From an uncultured Actinobaculum sp. (lineage in GTDB: Bacteria > Actinomycetota > Actinomycetes > Actinomycetales > Actinomycetaceae), in contig CALIHR010000026.1 of assembly GCA_938020505.1 (NCBI GenBank), positions 15,138 to 79,137 on the forward strand: a stretch of 64,000 nt of DNA, written 5' to 3'. Numbering within the stretch: the first letter of the stretch is position 1; every line of letters begins with the position of its first letter. Shown here piece after piece: positions 62,325 through 64,000 of the stretch. The position numbers were made by a program, and so were the translations under genes. The notes beneath the pieces are model-generated. The model did not search any database. It saw only the letters and a list, made by a program, of their open reading frames with translations, and had not been told where the DNA came from.

Positions 62325-62360
62325 GCAGCCTTCGAACGGCGGCGCCGCTATCCTTGATGC

Positions 62361-63929
62361 GTGACTAGCAACCCACGTCCGGTCCTCGTCGTCGACTTTG
62401 GCGCGCAGTATGCCCAGCTCATCGCGCGGCGAGTGCGCGAGGCCAACGTCTATTCCGAAATCGTTCCCCACACGGCCAGTGCGGCCGACATATTCGCCAA
62501 AGATCCTGCGGCGATCGTCCTTTCGGGCGGACCCTCGTCCGTTTACGAGGAGGGGGCGCCCTCGCTCGATCCCGCGATCTTCGACGCCGGGGTGCCGATC
62601 CTCGGCATTTGCTACGGCTTCCAGGCCATGGCTCAGGCACTCGGGGGAGCGGTGGGCCGAACGGGGACCCGCGAGTACGGGCACACCGAGGCGAGCGTGG
62701 CCGAGGGCTCCTGCCTTTTCGACGGAACGCCGGCCGACCAGATTGTGTGGATGAGCCACGGCGACGCCGTCCAGGCGGCACCCGAAGGATTCGAGGTCAC
62801 GGCCTCGACCTTGCAAACCCCCGTCGCGGCCTTTGAGAACCGCGATCGCAAGCTGTTCGGCCTGCAATGGCACCCTGAGGTGGGGCATTCGGCCTTCGGG
62901 CAGGCAGCCCTTGAGAACTTCCTTTACGAAGGCGCGGGGCTCAAGCCCGTATGGACGCCGGGCAACATCGTCGACGAACAGGTTGAGGCGATACGGCGGC
63001 GCGTCGGCGGAGCCCAGGTCATATGCGCGTTGTCGGGAGGCGTCGATTCGTCCGTGGCCGCCGCCCTCGTCCACGCCGCCGTGGGCGATCAACTCACGTG
63101 CTTTTTCATCGACCACGGCCTGCTCCGCGCCGGGGAGCGCGAGCAGGTCGAGCGCGATTACGCGGAGGGAATGGGCATTCGCGTCGTTGCCGTCGACGAG
63201 TCTCAGCGTTTCTTGGACGCCTTGAACGGGGTCAGCGATCCCGAGGCCAAGCGAAAGGCCATCGGGCGCGAGTTCATCCGTTCCTTCGAGGCCGCCCAGG
63301 CGCGGTTGATCGCCGATATCGGCGCCGAAGGAGGCGAGGTCAAGTTCCTCGTCCAGGGGACCCTCTATCCCGACGTCGTCGAGTCCGGCGGCGGGGAAGG
63401 GGCCGCAAACATCAAGAGCCACCACAATGTGGGAGGGCTTCCCGAAGACATGGCCTTCGAGTTGATCGAGCCCCTTCGGGCGCTGTTCAAGGACGAAGTC
63501 CGCGCGGTGGGCCGCGAGCTGGGCGTGCCCGAAAAGATCGTGGCGCGCCAGCCCTTCCCCGGGCCGGGCCTTGGAATCCGCATCGTCGGAGAGGTCACGC
63601 GCGAGCGTTTGGAGACGTTGCGGGCGGCAGACCTCATCGTGCGCGACGAACTGACGGCCGCCGGCTTGGACGAAGAAATCTGGCAGTGCCCCGTTGTCTT
63701 GCTGGCCCACGTGCGCTCCGTGGGCGTCCAGGGAGACGGGCGAACCTACGGACACCCGATCGTTTTGCGGCCCGTCTCCTCCGAGGACGCGATGACCGCC
63801 GATTGGACGCGTCTTCCATATGACGTTCTGGCGCGCATTTCCACGCGCATCACGAATTCCGTTCCCGAGGTCAACAGAGTGGTGCTCGACTGCACGTCCA
63901 AGCCCCCGGGCACGATCGAGTGGGAGTGA
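62361..63929 (+). CDS. guaA: GMP synthase (glutamine-hydrolysing)
   Basis: The class I GATase domain has GICYGFQ and the HPE catalytic motif. The PP-loop is SGGVDSSV. C-terminal dimerisation domain present. Confidence 0.95.
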   Translation: MTSNPRPVLVVDFGAQYAQLIARRVREANVYSEIVPHTASAADIFAKDPAAIVLSGGPSSVYEEGAPSLDPAIFDAGVPILGICYGFQAMAQALGGAVGRTGTREYGHTEASVAEGSCLFDGTPADQIVWMSHGDAVQAAPEGFEVTASTLQTPVAAFENRDRKLFGLQWHPEVGHSAFGQAALENFLYEGAGLKPVWTPGNIVDEQVEAIRRRVGGAQVICALSGGVDSSVAAALVHAAVGDQLTCFFIDHGLLRAGEREQVERDYAEGMGIRVVAVDESQRFLDALNGVSDPEAKRKAIGREFIRSFEAAQARLIADIGAEGGEVKFLVQGTLYPDVVESGGGEGAANIKSHHNVGGLPEDMAFELIEPLRALFKDEVRAVGRELGVPEKIVARQPFPGPGLGIRIVGEVTRERLETLRAADLIVRDELTAAGLDEEIWQCPVVLLAHVRSVGVQGDGRTYGHPIVLRPVSSEDAMTADWTRLPYDVLARISTRITNSVPEVNRVVLDCTSKPPGTIEWE

Positions 63930-64000
63930 ATGAGAGGCACGGGCCGACGGCGCTCGCGCCTCTTTTGTCCGTTTGCTCTGTGCTCGACGCTCGTTGCGCC

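Noticed and set aside
61650-63755. 701-aa minus-strand ORF
   Set aside because: It is antisense to the rluA-like gene and guaA, both with strong signatures. It is an artefact.

Overview
This is a 64-kb chromosomal segment of a high-GC (about 65-68 %) Actinomycetota genome. The tsaD-methyltransferase-groES arrangement, guaB/guaB3 and NodB lipoproteins suggest Actinomycetaceae or a relative; I could not pin it down further. I found no rRNA, tRNA, CRISPR array or IS/transposase by eye.

Gene content in order:
- 1-1457: sdhA (3' end) and sdhB.
- 1675-2509: MerR regulator plus an AhpD/CMD-like protein.
- 2559-4435: a repeat-containing hypothetical protein, an 880-bp non-coding stretch with tandem palindromic repeats, and an orphan YbaB-like protein.
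- 4516-7454: tsaD, a SAM-dependent methyltransferase, CIRCE and groES.
- 7697-23744: an anaerobic-respiration and molybdenum supercluster. On the minus strand it runs narK-narGHJI, an unusual regulator::MoaD fusion, then moaE-moeA-moaC. It is flanked by mobA, mogA, modA and a fused modB-modC.
- 23877-32956: guaB, a DEDDh exonuclease, guaB3, a CE4 deacetylase lipoprotein, GNAT, nadE and a TetR regulator with a Pro-rich tail.
- 33321-39058: a GntR-ABC-2 exporter module, a Gfo/Idh/MocA oxidoreductase and an SSS transporter with a small partner protein.
- 39692-52034: the most striking block. It is a complete carnitine/crotonobetaine-type respiration locus (caiA, caiB, caiC plus fixABCX) that is compositionally native. 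The enterobacterial CaiT, CaiD and CaiE roles are replaced by an MFS transporter, a MaoC-like R-hydratase, an HSL-family esterase and an MBL-fold hydrolase.
- 52245-55578: a compositionally foreign AT-rich islet. It carries a large orphan lipoprotein and a secreted RCC1-repeat protein whose own gene is GC-mosaic.
- 56077-63929: an ABC-class ATPase, ackA-pta, an RluA-family pseudouridine synthase and guaA.

One caveat on coordinates: at three places (tsaD start, the RCC1 gene stop, the pta start) the six-frame ORF track and my indexing of the printed sequence disagree by 1 nt. Where they conflict I have used the ORF-track frame.
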